Source: a candidate division WOR-3 bacterium (GTDB taxonomy: Bacteria > Hydrothermota > Hydrothermia > Hydrothermales > JAJRUZ01). From it: a stretch of 64,000 nt of DNA. Location: NCBI GenBank assembly GCA_024277525.1, contig JAJRUZ010000019.1, positions 17-64,016 on the forward strand. Reading direction: 5' to 3'. A program made the position numbers and the translations under genes. Positions 32,749-42,567 of this stretch are shown here, one piece after another. The notes beneath the pieces are model-generated. The model ran no database searches and had not been told where the DNA came from. It was given only the letters and a program-made list of their open reading frames with translations. Numbering within the stretch: the stretch's first letter is position 1; every line of letters begins with the position of its first letter.

Positions 32749-33845
32749 TTTTTCACCTCAATTTCACTTTTCCATTTTAAAGCAAACTCACCTATTTTGT
32801 CAATAAGTTTGTTCAAATTTTCACCGGTTTTTGCTGAGACAAAAAATGAAGGAAAATATTTATTTTTAAGATAAAACTTTTCCTCTTCATCCAGAAGTAA
32901 ATCACTTTTGTTAAAAACATATAAAACTTCTTTTACTCCCAGTAAACCCATTTCATATAAAACTTCATTAACGGATTCTATTTGCGCCTCTTTACGCGGA
33001 TTCGAAACATCTACTATGTGAAGCAAAAGATCAGCATCCTCAATTACCTTTAATGTTGATTTAAAGGTATGAATAAGATGCAAAGGCAAATTTTCAATAA
33101 ATCCGACCGTATCACTCAGCAATACCTGAATGCCGTTTACAAAAAACCTTTTTGTAAGAGCATCCAGGGTTACGAAAAGGGCATCTTCTGTCTTTGCGCC
33201 TGCTTTTGTTAAAGCATTCAAAATGGATGTTTTACCTGCATTTGTATATCCTACAAGACAAACTTTAAAAAAGTTTTTTCTTCTTTTACTCTGTATTTTT
33301 CTCTGAGTTTCAATTTTTTTCAATTCTCTTTTTAAATTCTTAATTCTTTCCATAATATTTCTCCTTTTTACTTCCAGAATTTTCTCACCAGGACCCCTTG
33401 TTCCTATACCACCGCCTAATCTTGAAAGCAATTTTCCCATACCCCTTAATTTGGATAACCTGTAAAGAAGTTGAGCTAACTCAACCTGAATTTTGGCTTC
33501 CTTTGAGGTTGCGTGCTGTGCAAAAATATCCATTATCAACTCGGTTCTGTCAATTACCTTTATATTCAAATATTCTTCCAAATTTTTTGTATGTCTCGGA
33601 AAAAGATCCGTGCCGAAAATCACAAGGTCTGCGTTGTATTCTTCAACTTTTTTCTTAATTTCTTCAAGTTTACCTTCTCCTATCAAATATTTAGGATTTG
33701 CTTCTTCCCTGAACTGAATAACCTCGGAGACAACCGTTGCTCCTGCTGTTTCGGCAAGACTCTCAAGTTCTTGCAATTTGTGTTCCGCATCCTGCCTTTT
33801 CTCTCCGCTTTTGAAAACATAAACAAGAATTGCCTTTTCCTTCAA
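32736..33845 (-). CDS. hflX: GTPase HflX
   Basis: IFAQHA, GGGIGTRGPGE, GYTNAGKT, DTVGF. Confidence 0.95.
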   Translation of the reverse strand: MKEKAILVYVFKSGEKRQDAEHKLQELESLAETAGATVVSEVIQFREEANPKYLIGEGKLEEIKKKVEEYNADLVIFGTDLFPRHTKNLEEYLNIKVIDRTELIMDIFAQHATSKEAKIQVELAQLLYRLSKLRGMGKLLSRLGGGIGTRGPGEKILEVKRRNIMERIKNLKRELKKIETQRKIQSKRRKNFFKVCLVGYTNAGKTSILNALTKAGAKTEDALFVTLDALTKRFFVNGIQVLLSDTVGFIENLPLHLIHTFKSTLKVIEDADLLLHIVDVSNPRKEAQIESVNEVLYEMGLLGVKEVLYVFNKSDLLLDEEEKFYLKNKYFPSFFVSAKTGENLNKLIDKIGEFALKWKSEIEVKKWTK

Positions 33846-36193
33846 GATTTAAGTGGTGTTAAATGCGAAAAAGTTTCTGTTTTTATTTTTTTATGAAAAA
33901 GTTCGGGATAAATCAGGTTAATTGCCTCATTTATGTTCTTTACAAAATAAAAATTCAGTCCTTTTTTGAGTTCTTTTCTCAGTTTTTTAATATCACTTCT
34001 TGATTCTTCTGGTAAGATAATTCTTTTTATTCCTCCCCTTTTTGCAGCATTCACCTTTTCTTCAATCCCTCCGATCCTCAGCACATCTCCTGTTAAAGTT
34101 ATCTCTCCTGTAAAAGCAACATCAGAGGGTAATTCCTTCTTTTTAAGTGCGGATAAAATTGCAAATAAAATGGCAAGCCCGGCTGAGGGACCATCCTTAG
34201 GTATTGCACCTTCAGGGATATGGAGATGTAAATCATATTTTTTATGAAAATCTTTGGGTAAGCCGAGCAATTTTCCCATTGATCTTAAATAACTTAAAGC
34301 AGCATAAACCGACTCTTTGAGTATATCTCCGAGTTGCCCTGTCAAGGTGAGTTCTCCTTTTCCCTCCATTAATAAAACTTCGATTTTCATTATCTCTCCC
34401 CCGTATTCGGTCCAGGCAAGTCCGTAAGCAACACCCGGTTTTAACTTTTTCTCACTTTCCACCATTGTATAAGGCGGAGGACCCAGTATCTTATTGAGAT
34501 TCCTCAGATCAACTTCTGTTTTTTCCTTTTTCTCCACATATTGTTTTACAACATATCTTATAATTCTTGACAATTTTCTTTCTAATTCCCTTACCCCTGC
34601 CTCCCTTGTGTATCTTCTTATTATTTCAAGAATTGCTCTGTCCGTTATTTTGAAATATTCTGGTTTCAAATTTACTTCTTTTAAAATTCTTTTAATCAAA
34701 TGTTTTTTGGCGATCATCAGTTTTTCATCTTCGGAATAGCCCGCAAGGGAGATTATTTCCATCCTGTCCCTTAAAGCAAGCGGGATGGAATGCAAATTGT
34801 TTGCGGTTGTTATAAAAAGAACCTCCGAAAGGTCAAACTCAACTTCCAGATAATGATCAACAAAGTGTTTATTGACATCAGGGTCAAGAACCTCCATCAA
34901 TGCGGCATAAGGGTCCCCCCTGAAATCCATTCCCACTTTATCAATTTCATCAAGGAGAAAAACCGGGTTTTTTGAGCCTGCTTTTCTTATTCCTTGAATT
35001 ATCCTTCCGGGTAATGCCCCTACATATGTTCTTCTGTGTCCTCTTATCTCTGCCTCATCTCTTATTCCTCCGAGTGACATCCTTACAAATTTCCTGCCGA
35101 GCGCCCTTGCTATGGATTTTGCAAGTGAGGTCTTACCCGAACCCGGGGGACCCACAAAACACAAAATCTGCCCCGTTATCTTTCCCTTTAATTTCAAAAC
35201 AGATAGATATTCAAGAATTCTTTTCTTGGGTTCAAAAAGACCATGGTGGTCTTCATCAAGTATTCTTTTCGCCTCTTTTAAATCAAGTCTGTCTTTTGTT
35301 CTTTTGTCCCATGGCATTGCTAACAGCCAATCAAGATAGTTTCTTATAACAGATGCTTCCGGAGAAATCGGAGGAGTCATCTCAAGTTTTCTCAATTCAT
35401 TTAAAGCATGTTTTTTCACATCTTCCGGCATACCGGATTTTTCTATCTTTTCCCTCAGTCCGAACAATTCATCTCCTTCTTTATAACCCAATTCCTTTTG
35501 AATTTGTCTCATCTGCTCATGTAAAAAAATCTGTTTCTGTCCTTTCTGCAATTCCTCCCTTGCCCTTTCTTCTATTTTTGCCTTCAACTTTCTGAACTCT
35601 ATTTCCTCCAGAATCTTCTTGTTTAATGTCTCCAGATACTTAACCGTATCGTTAATTTCAAGTAAAGATTGTTTTATATCTGCTTTCATGGGTAAATGCG
35701 CACTCACAAAATCCGCAATTTCAAGCGGTCTCTTTCTTGCAAAAAGATGAGCCAAAAGGTCCTCCGGGAAACCGGAAAGATATGTTGTAAGTGTTCTGAA
35801 ATTTTCCATTATTATTCTTGAAAGAGCATAGGTCTTTTCATTTTCAACTTCTTCCCTTTCATAAATTTCAAATTCTGCTTCATAAAAACTGCCGTTAAAT
35901 TTAACATCCAGAAGACGAACCCTTGAGATTCCTTCAACGATTATCCTGTATGTGCCCTCCGGTGTCTGAAATTCAGTGATCACAAAACCGACTGTTCCGA
36001 CTTTATAAAGATGTGTTTTTGATGGCTCAATAATTGAGGGGTCTTTCTGGGTTACAAAAAGAACCTCCTTTTCTCTTGTGGACAATGCTTTTTCAAGTGC
36101 CTTTTTTGAAAAATCCCTGCCTACAACCAGCGGATAAATTGAATGCGGAAAAAGCACTACTTCTCTTAAAGGTATTAAAGGCAATTTTCTCAT
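33842..36193 (-). CDS. lon: ATP-dependent protease La, paralog 1
   Basis: GPPGSGKT, RGHRRTYVGALPG, PKDGPSAG, catalytic Lys in GIEEK. Confidence 0.95.
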   Translation of the reverse strand: MRKLPLIPLREVVLFPHSIYPLVVGRDFSKKALEKALSTREKEVLFVTQKDPSIIEPSKTHLYKVGTVGFVITEFQTPEGTYRIIVEGISRVRLLDVKFNGSFYEAEFEIYEREEVENEKTYALSRIIMENFRTLTTYLSGFPEDLLAHLFARKRPLEIADFVSAHLPMKADIKQSLLEINDTVKYLETLNKKILEEIEFRKLKAKIEERAREELQKGQKQIFLHEQMRQIQKELGYKEGDELFGLREKIEKSGMPEDVKKHALNELRKLEMTPPISPEASVIRNYLDWLLAMPWDKRTKDRLDLKEAKRILDEDHHGLFEPKKRILEYLSVLKLKGKITGQILCFVGPPGSGKTSLAKSIARALGRKFVRMSLGGIRDEAEIRGHRRTYVGALPGRIIQGIRKAGSKNPVFLLDEIDKVGMDFRGDPYAALMEVLDPDVNKHFVDHYLEVEFDLSEVLFITTANNLHSIPLALRDRMEIISLAGYSEDEKLMIAKKHLIKRILKEVNLKPEYFKITDRAILEIIRRYTREAGVRELERKLSRIIRYVVKQYVEKKEKTEVDLRNLNKILGPPPYTMVESEKKLKPGVAYGLAWTEYGGEIMKIEVLLMEGKGELTLTGQLGDILKESVYAALSYLRSMGKLLGLPKDFHKKYDLHLHIPEGAIPKDGPSAGLAILFAILSALKKKELPSDVAFTGEITLTGDVLRIGGIEEKVNAAKRGGIKRIILPEESRSDIKKLRKELKKGLNFYFVKNINEAINLIYPELFHKKIKTETFSHLTPLKS

Positions 36194-36254
36194 ATTTTAA
36201 ATTTTACCTTTTTAATTTGATTTTTTCAAGTTCGTTTTTTTAAAATAAAGACTT

Positions 36255-37376
36255 ATGTTATTTCTTTATTTTATTTTTTTACTCTCCCCTCCGGGTAATG
36301 TAAAAGCCCGGGATGTTCCAAATGATGCAGGGGGTAAAATTGAAGTCACATGGAAGCTTTCACCCGATGATTCCTTACTTGATTTTTACATTATTTTCAG
36401 ACAAACTCAAACGGAAGCAGGATGGAGCACCCCTGAGACTTTAATGATTGTTAAAAGGGGATTATCAAAAATAACGGATACGGATTGCAAGGATGGAGTT
36501 AAATATAGGTATATTGTGAGGGCGGTGAAGGGAGAAGAATGGGTGGATAGTTCCCCTTCAAATATTGCAATCTCGTCCGCACAGTGGTTTCATAAAAAAA
36601 GAGCAAGTGCCCTCATTCTTCTCATAATTATTGTGGGTTTGCTTCTGTTTTTTATTCAAAAGGCAAGGAAGGGAGAGGAGCTTTTTATAAGAAAAATTAC
36701 AGGACTTGATGCAATTGATGAGGCGGTGGGAAGGTCGACCGAGATGGGTAAACCGCTTTTATTTACTCTGGGTCTGGGAACAATAGCAGACATTCCCACG
36801 ATAGCGGGTCTTTCAATCCTGAAAAGAGTTTCCAAGAAAGCAGCGGAATACGAAACGGATTTGATTGTTCCCTGTTTTGATCCTGTTGTTTATGTCGCAG
36901 CACAGGAAACTGTGAAGGAAGGATATATGGAAGCAGGGAGACCCGACCTTTATAAGGAAGGTAATGTATTCTTCCTTTCTTATGACCAGTTCGGATACGC
37001 AGCAGGTGTTGATGGAATCATGGTAAGGGAAAAACCCGGAGCAATATTTCTTCAGGGGTATTTTTATGCGGAATCCCTTATCCTTGCAGAAACAGGGAAC
37101 TCCATAGGTGCAATACAGATTTCCGGAACAACCGCAGTTACACAGCTTCCTTTTTTCATTGCAGCAACCGATTATACACTTATAGGAGAGGAAATGTATG
37201 CTGCAAGTGCCTATCTCACCAAAGATCCACTTTTCCTTGCGACAATAAAAGGAGAGGACTGGGTAAAAATTCTTCTCATTGCGGTAATAGTACTCGGAAT
37301 TGCTCTCGAAACAATCGCATATTTCTTAAAAATACCTCTGCTTCATTTTTTAAAACAATTTTTTACCATAATTTAA
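36255..37376 (+). CDS. FN3 plus DUF6754-type membrane protein
   Basis: N-terminal FN3-like domain (DVPNDAGG..VTW..YRYIV); TM; IRKITGLDAIDEAVGRSTEMGKP, ESLILAETG, TLIGEEMYAA. Confidence 0.75.
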   Translation: MLFLYFIFLLSPPGNVKARDVPNDAGGKIEVTWKLSPDDSLLDFYIIFRQTQTEAGWSTPETLMIVKRGLSKITDTDCKDGVKYRYIVRAVKGEEWVDSSPSNIAISSAQWFHKKRASALILLIIIVGLLLFFIQKARKGEELFIRKITGLDAIDEAVGRSTEMGKPLLFTLGLGTIADIPTIAGLSILKRVSKKAAEYETDLIVPCFDPVVYVAAQETVKEGYMEAGRPDLYKEGNVFFLSYDQFGYAAGVDGIMVREKPGAIFLQGYFYAESLILAETGNSIGAIQISGTTAVTQLPFFIAATDYTLIGEEMYAASAYLTKDPLFLATIKGEDWVKILLIAVIVLGIALETIAYFLKIPLLHFLKQFFTII

Positions 37377-37377
37377 A

Positions 37378-38163
37378 ATGAAAAAAGAGGTCCCTTTAAT
37401 TATAACCTTTATTTCGGGCTTTCTTCTTATAGTTGCTTTATTTATTCCCCATGAACCTTTCGGAAGTCTTCAGGAAAGATTTAATGACTGGTATATAATT
37501 GTTTCGGGTTTCACGCTTATTCTCGGGGTTGATTCTCTTCTTCTTTATCACTGGAGAAAGATAAAAACAAAAGATAAAGATGCACCCTACTCAATAATTC
37601 TCATTATCACCTTCATAACCGTTCTTTTATGGGGAATATATTCCGGAGTAAAACACGGAAATCCTTTTGCTCCTGCCTCAACCTTTCTGAGATATTTCTA
37701 TACTTATATGTTTGTTCCGCTGCAGGCAACAATGTTTGCCCTTCTTGCTTTCTTTATTGCCTCGGCTGCTTACAGGGCATTCAGAGCAAGGGGATTAAAT
37801 GCGACCCTTCTCCTTGTTTCAGCAGGACTCGTTATGCTGGGAAGGGTTCCGAAAGGAGAGATTGTTGTTCCTTTCTTTATTGCAATAACTCTTATTTTGA
37901 TTGCAATTATTTTCGTTCTCGAAGCGGTTGCAAGGGTGAGTCTTTATGAAAGACTTTTATATTTTGCCCTGGCTTTGATTTCGCTTATTGCAATAATACC
38001 TTTATCAATTCTCCTGAGAGAGTATCTTCCTGCTCTTGCTGACTGGATAATGAATGTTCCGCAATTAGGTGCAAAAAGGGGACTTTTCATAGGAATATGG
38101 CTGGGTGCCATTGCAATGGCAATAAGAATTATCCTCGGAATTGAAAGGACTTATCTGAAATGA
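37378..38163 (+). CDS. Uncharacterised polytopic membrane protein (DUF6754 cluster)
   Basis: About 7 TM; TMFALLAFFIASAAYRAFR; C-terminal RIILGIER. Confidence 0.75.
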   Translation: MKKEVPLIITFISGFLLIVALFIPHEPFGSLQERFNDWYIIVSGFTLILGVDSLLLYHWRKIKTKDKDAPYSIILIITFITVLLWGIYSGVKHGNPFAPASTFLRYFYTYMFVPLQATMFALLAFFIASAAYRAFRARGLNATLLLVSAGLVMLGRVPKGEIVVPFFIAITLILIAIIFVLEAVARVSLYERLLYFALALISLIAIIPLSILLREYLPALADWIMNVPQLGAKRGLFIGIWLGAIAMAIRIILGIERTYLK

Positions 38164-38981
38164 GAGAATTTTTTGAAAGAATTTCAAAAATTGATAGAAG
38201 AATAATATATTTGATTGTTCTTGTAGGAGTTACAATTCCGCTTCTTACGAGGAAAGGGTTTGAATTCAAACCGCTTCCCGAAGTTAAAAATGCTTACAAT
38301 TTCATAGAGAATTTGCCGGAAGGTTCAAATGTTTTGATTTCAATTGATTATGATGCTGCAAGCATGCCCGAACTTCAGCCTCTTCTTGAAGTCATGCTCA
38401 GGCATCTTTTCAGGAATAATTTGAAGGTCATCATGATGGGACACTGGCCTCTGGGTCTTCCTCTCGGACAGATAGCCCTTGAAAAAATTGCAAAGGAGAT
38501 GGATAAGAAGTACGGATATGATTATGTCTTTCTGGGGTACAGACCCGGTATTGCTGCTGTGATGTTGAATATGGGGAAAGAAATCAGAATGGTATTTGAT
38601 GTGGATTATAAAGGAGTACCACTTGACTCTCTTCCCATGATGAGGGAGGTTCATAATTATGACGACATTGCTCTTCTCATAGGATTTGAGGCAGGCTCGG
38701 TCGGAGATTTCTGGGTTCAGTTTGCCCAGGCAAGATTCGGGCAGAAGATAATTCTTACTTCCACCGCGGTTGTAACTCCCGATCTTTATCCCTATTACCA
38801 AGCAGGGCAGATTGTCGGTCTTATAGGAGGGTTGAGAGGAGCAGCTGATTATGAAATTCTCGTTAAAAGAAAGGGATTTGCTTACACAGGAATGACTGCC
38901 CAGACTGTCATTCATGTTATCATAATCGCACTTATACTTCTCGGAAATATAGGATATTTCGCTTTAAGGAGGATGAGATAA
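38160..38981 (+). CDS. Uncharacterised TM-alpha/beta-TM protein (DUF6754 cluster)
   Basis: DRRIIY, ELQP, YVFLGY, PYYQAGQ..GL.GGLRGAADYE. Confidence 0.75.
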   Translation: MREFFERISKIDRRIIYLIVLVGVTIPLLTRKGFEFKPLPEVKNAYNFIENLPEGSNVLISIDYDAASMPELQPLLEVMLRHLFRNNLKVIMMGHWPLGLPLGQIALEKIAKEMDKKYGYDYVFLGYRPGIAAVMLNMGKEIRMVFDVDYKGVPLDSLPMMREVHNYDDIALLIGFEAGSVGDFWVQFAQARFGQKIILTSTAVVTPDLYPYYQAGQIVGLIGGLRGAADYEILVKRKGFAYTGMTAQTVIHVIIIALILLGNIGYFALRRMR

Positions 38982-39649
38982 TGGTTGAGGTAATTTTTAT
39001 ATGGATTGCAGCCGGTTTAACCCTTGCAATTTTTTCCTTTTTATATAAAGATAACCCTTTTTACAAAGTTGCGGAACATATTTATGTGGGCTCTGCTGCT
39101 GCTTTCTGGTTTCTTTATCTCTGGTTCTTTGATGTTGAACCCAAAATTCTGGGGCCTTTTAAAGAAGTTTTCCATAAATACGGCTTCTCTGGAATGTGGG
39201 CACATTTCGGAGCAGAACAATGGATACTTTTTATTCCGATATTCCTTTCAATATGCATGCTTTTAAGATTTATTCCTCCGACCGCTTGGCTTTCAAGATG
39301 GGCAATAGCATTTACCGTGGGAATGGCAGCAGGACTCGGTGTAACGGGTGCACTTCAGGGATACATAATTCCTCAAACACAAGCCACCCTTCTCCCCCTC
39401 TGGACAGGTAATCCCCTTACAAGTTTCAATAATCTCATAATAGTGATTGCAACCCTCGCCACTCTTTTTTACTTTTTTTTCTCAAAAGAACACAAAGGTG
39501 TTTTAGGGGTCTTTTCGAGAATAGGTATAACCTTTATAATGATTGCTTTCGGTGCATCCTTCGGTTACACCGTAATGGCTCGTGTTTCCCTTTTAATAGG
39601 GAGAATCCATTTTCTATTGTTTGAGTGGTTATCCTCCTTCTTTCACTGA
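38981..39649 (+). CDS. Uncharacterised polytopic membrane protein (DUF6754 cluster)
   Basis: SFLYKDNPFYKVAEHIYVG, YFFFS, FGYTVMAR. Confidence 0.75.
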   Translation: MVEVIFIWIAAGLTLAIFSFLYKDNPFYKVAEHIYVGSAAAFWFLYLWFFDVEPKILGPFKEVFHKYGFSGMWAHFGAEQWILFIPIFLSICMLLRFIPPTAWLSRWAIAFTVGMAAGLGVTGALQGYIIPQTQATLLPLWTGNPLTSFNNLIIVIATLATLFYFFFSKEHKGVLGVFSRIGITFIMIAFGASFGYTVMARVSLLIGRIHFLLFEWLSSFFH

Positions 39650-41090
39650 TTTTATTTAAATTTCAAACACAAAATTATCTTGAAATAAGAAAAAAACTTA
39701 TTAAAGAAAAAAATTTTAAAAAACTTTCCGAAATTTCTTATGAAAATTTAAAAAAGGAACCCTATAAATTTATCTATATTTCGGATTATCTGCTCTCACT
39801 CGCAGGATTAAATGATAAAGAAAGGTTCGCTGTCTTTATTGATTCATTATTTAAAAAACATCCTTCTCCTTCTTTCATTCTCCCTGTTGTTAAAAGCCTT
39901 GAAAGAAATAAATTCTATGAATTCACAATCCTTCTCATTGAGAAAGCGAGGAAAAAATTTAAAAATAAAAGTTTGTTCAAAAAGACCTTTTATTTTGTCT
40001 TTTAAGATTAAAAAAATATGAAGAATTTTATAAAGAATTCAGGAATATAAGATTTAGACGCGGATACCCCGGATATTCGGGATATATTGATATATTTAAG
40101 GATTTCCTCTCAAAGATTGATAAAAATTTTCTGCTGAGAGTCTTTAAAAAAGAATTTAGAAATAAAAGCAATAAAATGTTTTTAAAAATTTTCGAATCAG
40201 AATTTTTAAAAAGAAAAATGTATTCAAATTTATTCACATTGTACAAACTTATGAACAAAAAAGAGACGAGGGATTCCATTTTGAGTGTGCTGTACAAGGA
40301 AGACAGGAAAAAATTTGAAGAAATAATTGAGAAAGAAATGAATGATTGTGAAAAGGGTGAAATTTATTTTAAATTAAGTGATTTTGATAAATCTTTTTTT
40401 TATTTAAAAAAGTGCAAAGATAAAAAATTCAAAAATATAAAAATTTTATCCGAAATTCAATATTATCTGGCAAGGAATGATGTTTTTAAAGGAGAATCAA
40501 TGGTAAAAAATATAAATATCTCTGAATTTAGGGGATATGAAAGATACATAGGAGAAATTTTTTACAAATTAAGGAATTTCAAAATGTGTGATTCTTTGTT
40601 AAAAAACAGGGAAGATTTTTATTCTTTGTTATTGAGAGCAAAGTCAAATATATTTCTTAATAAAATCGAAAGGGCGGATTCTTTGATTTCAAAAGCAATT
40701 TTAAGGTATCCTGATAATGATACAGTATATAAAGCACTTTTTATCTATTTTCTTATTAAAATGGAGGAAAAAGAAAATATTTCTTTAATTATCAAACTTG
40801 ATGAAAGATTGGAAAAAGGTGAAGATTTAGGGAGTGAAATAGAAAAACTCGGTGATAAATGGAAAAAGTTTTTCATTTTAAAAAAGAAAATTCAAGAAGG
40901 AGAGTTTGTTGAAATTGAAGAAGAATTTATAAATAAAAATTTGATAGCTTCTGTATATTTCGAAGGCTATGAGATGAGTTTAAAAAAAGGAGATAAGGAA
41001 AAAGCGATAAAATTTTTGGATTATATTATTAAAAATTTCAAAGATACCCCTTATTTTATAATTGCTCAAAGAAGGAAAATTAACTTATAA
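39625..41090 (+). pseudogene. Helical-repeat (TPR-like) exported protein split by a frameshift near 39975-39985
   Basis: The frame of 40176..41090 is open back to about 39981 (KDLLFCLLRLKKYEEF...), overlapping the end of 39625..40005. Confidence 0.6.
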
Positions 41091-42542
41091 ATATTTGGGA
41101 GGCTCGTAGTTAGGTGCTTCTTTCGTGATTACTATATCGTGAGGATGGCTCTCTTTCAAACCGAAAGAGCTTATAACAATGAATTTTGCTTTTTTTCTCA
41201 ATTCTTTTATATCCTTTGCTCCTACATATCCCATTCCTGCCCTTACACCGCCTGCAAGTTGAAACAATACCTCTTTCACGGGTCCTCTGTAAGGAACCAT
41301 TCCCTCCACTCCTTCGGGAACAAACTTTGTCATTTTTTCCTGAAAATATCTATCCTTTGAACCTTTTTTCATTGCAGAGATTGAACCCATTGCCCTGTAT
41401 GTTTTAAATCTTTTCCCTTCATAAAGCACAGTCTCACCCGGACTTTCATCCGTTCCGGCGAGTAAATTACCCATCATTACACAATCCGCACCTGCTGCAA
41501 GTGCCTTTACAATATCTCCGGAATACCTTATTCCTCCATCCGCAATTAAGGGGATTTTATATTTTTTTGAAATTTTATAACATTCCATTATAGCAGTCAA
41601 TTGCGGTACCTCGATTCCTGCCACAATTCTTGTAGTACATATCGAACCCGGTCCGACTCCTACTTTTATTCCGTCAACTCCTATCTTCACAAGTTCTTCA
41701 CATGCTTCATCCGTAGCAACATTACCCACAATTAACTCTACCTCCGGATGTTTTCTTTTAATGATCTTTGAAACATCAAGCACCCTTTTTGAATGTGCAT
41801 GTGCCGTATCAATCACAACCGCATCAACTTCTGCTTCAATTAATTTATAAAATCTCTCTTCCCAATCATCTCCTGTCCCTATTGCACCCGCTACCCTCAA
41901 TCTCCCTTTTTCATCCAATGTTGCATTCGGGTGTTCAATTTTTTTTGATAAATCCTTCAATGTAATAAGTCCCCTGAGCCTTCCCTTCTTATCAATTACC
42001 GGTAATTTCTCAATCTTATTTTTTATCAAAAGCTTGTGTGCCTCCTCAACGGTAATTCCTTCTTTACCTGTTATAATATTCGTTTTCATAACCTTTTTAA
42101 GTTTTATATCTTCCCTTTCTATATAATTTAAGTCCCTCTTTGTAATAAGACCCACAAGATAGCCTCCATCTTTAATAATGGGAATACCCGATATATTCAT
42201 TTCTTTCATTATTTCCTTTGCTCTTTTTACCGTATCTTCCGGAGTCAGGGTAATCGGGTCTTTTATAATCCAGCTTTCATATCTTTTAACTTTCATCACC
42301 TCTTCCTTTTGCTCATCGGGTGTTAAATTTCTGTGAACCACCCCTATCCCCCCTTCCTGTGCTATAGCAATTGCCATTTTGGATTCCGTTACAGTATCCA
42401 TCGCAGCAGACACAAAGGGCAGTTTTAATTTAATATTTCTTGAAAAAAAAGTCTGTAAATCAGTCTCAGAAGGCAAAATATTGCTTTTTCCTGGCAAAAT
42501 TAAAACATCATCAAAAGTTAAACCTTTTTGGAAGTTTTTCAT
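41085..42542 (-). CDS. guaB: IMP dehydrogenase (start probably 42542)
   Basis: [18 protein letters not shown] pair, [20 protein letters not shown]. Confidence 0.95.
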   Translation of the reverse strand: MKNFQKGLTFDDVLILPGKSNILPSETDLQTFFSRNIKLKLPFVSAAMDTVTESKMAIAIAQEGGIGVVHRNLTPDEQKEEVMKVKRYESWIIKDPITLTPEDTVKRAKEIMKEMNISGIPIIKDGGYLVGLITKRDLNYIEREDIKLKKVMKTNIITGKEGITVEEAHKLLIKNKIEKLPVIDKKGRLRGLITLKDLSKKIEHPNATLDEKGRLRVAGAIGTGDDWEERFYKLIEAEVDAVVIDTAHAHSKRVLDVSKIIKRKHPEVELIVGNVATDEACEELVKIGVDGIKVGVGPGSICTTRIVAGIEVPQLTAIMECYKISKKYKIPLIADGGIRYSGDIVKALAAGADCVMMGNLLAGTDESPGETVLYEGKRFKTYRAMGSISAMKKGSKDRYFQEKMTKFVPEGVEGMVPYRGPVKEVLFQLAGGVRAGMGYVGAKDIKELRKKAKFIVISSFGLKESHPHDIVITKEAPNYEPPKYL

Positions 42543-42567
42543 TTTGAATTTATAATATAAAGATAAC

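Noticed and set aside
41606-41617. guaB GIEVPQ in place of the usual G(V/I)GVPQ
   Set aside because: A single-base difference in a window with other probable sequence errors; not interpretable.
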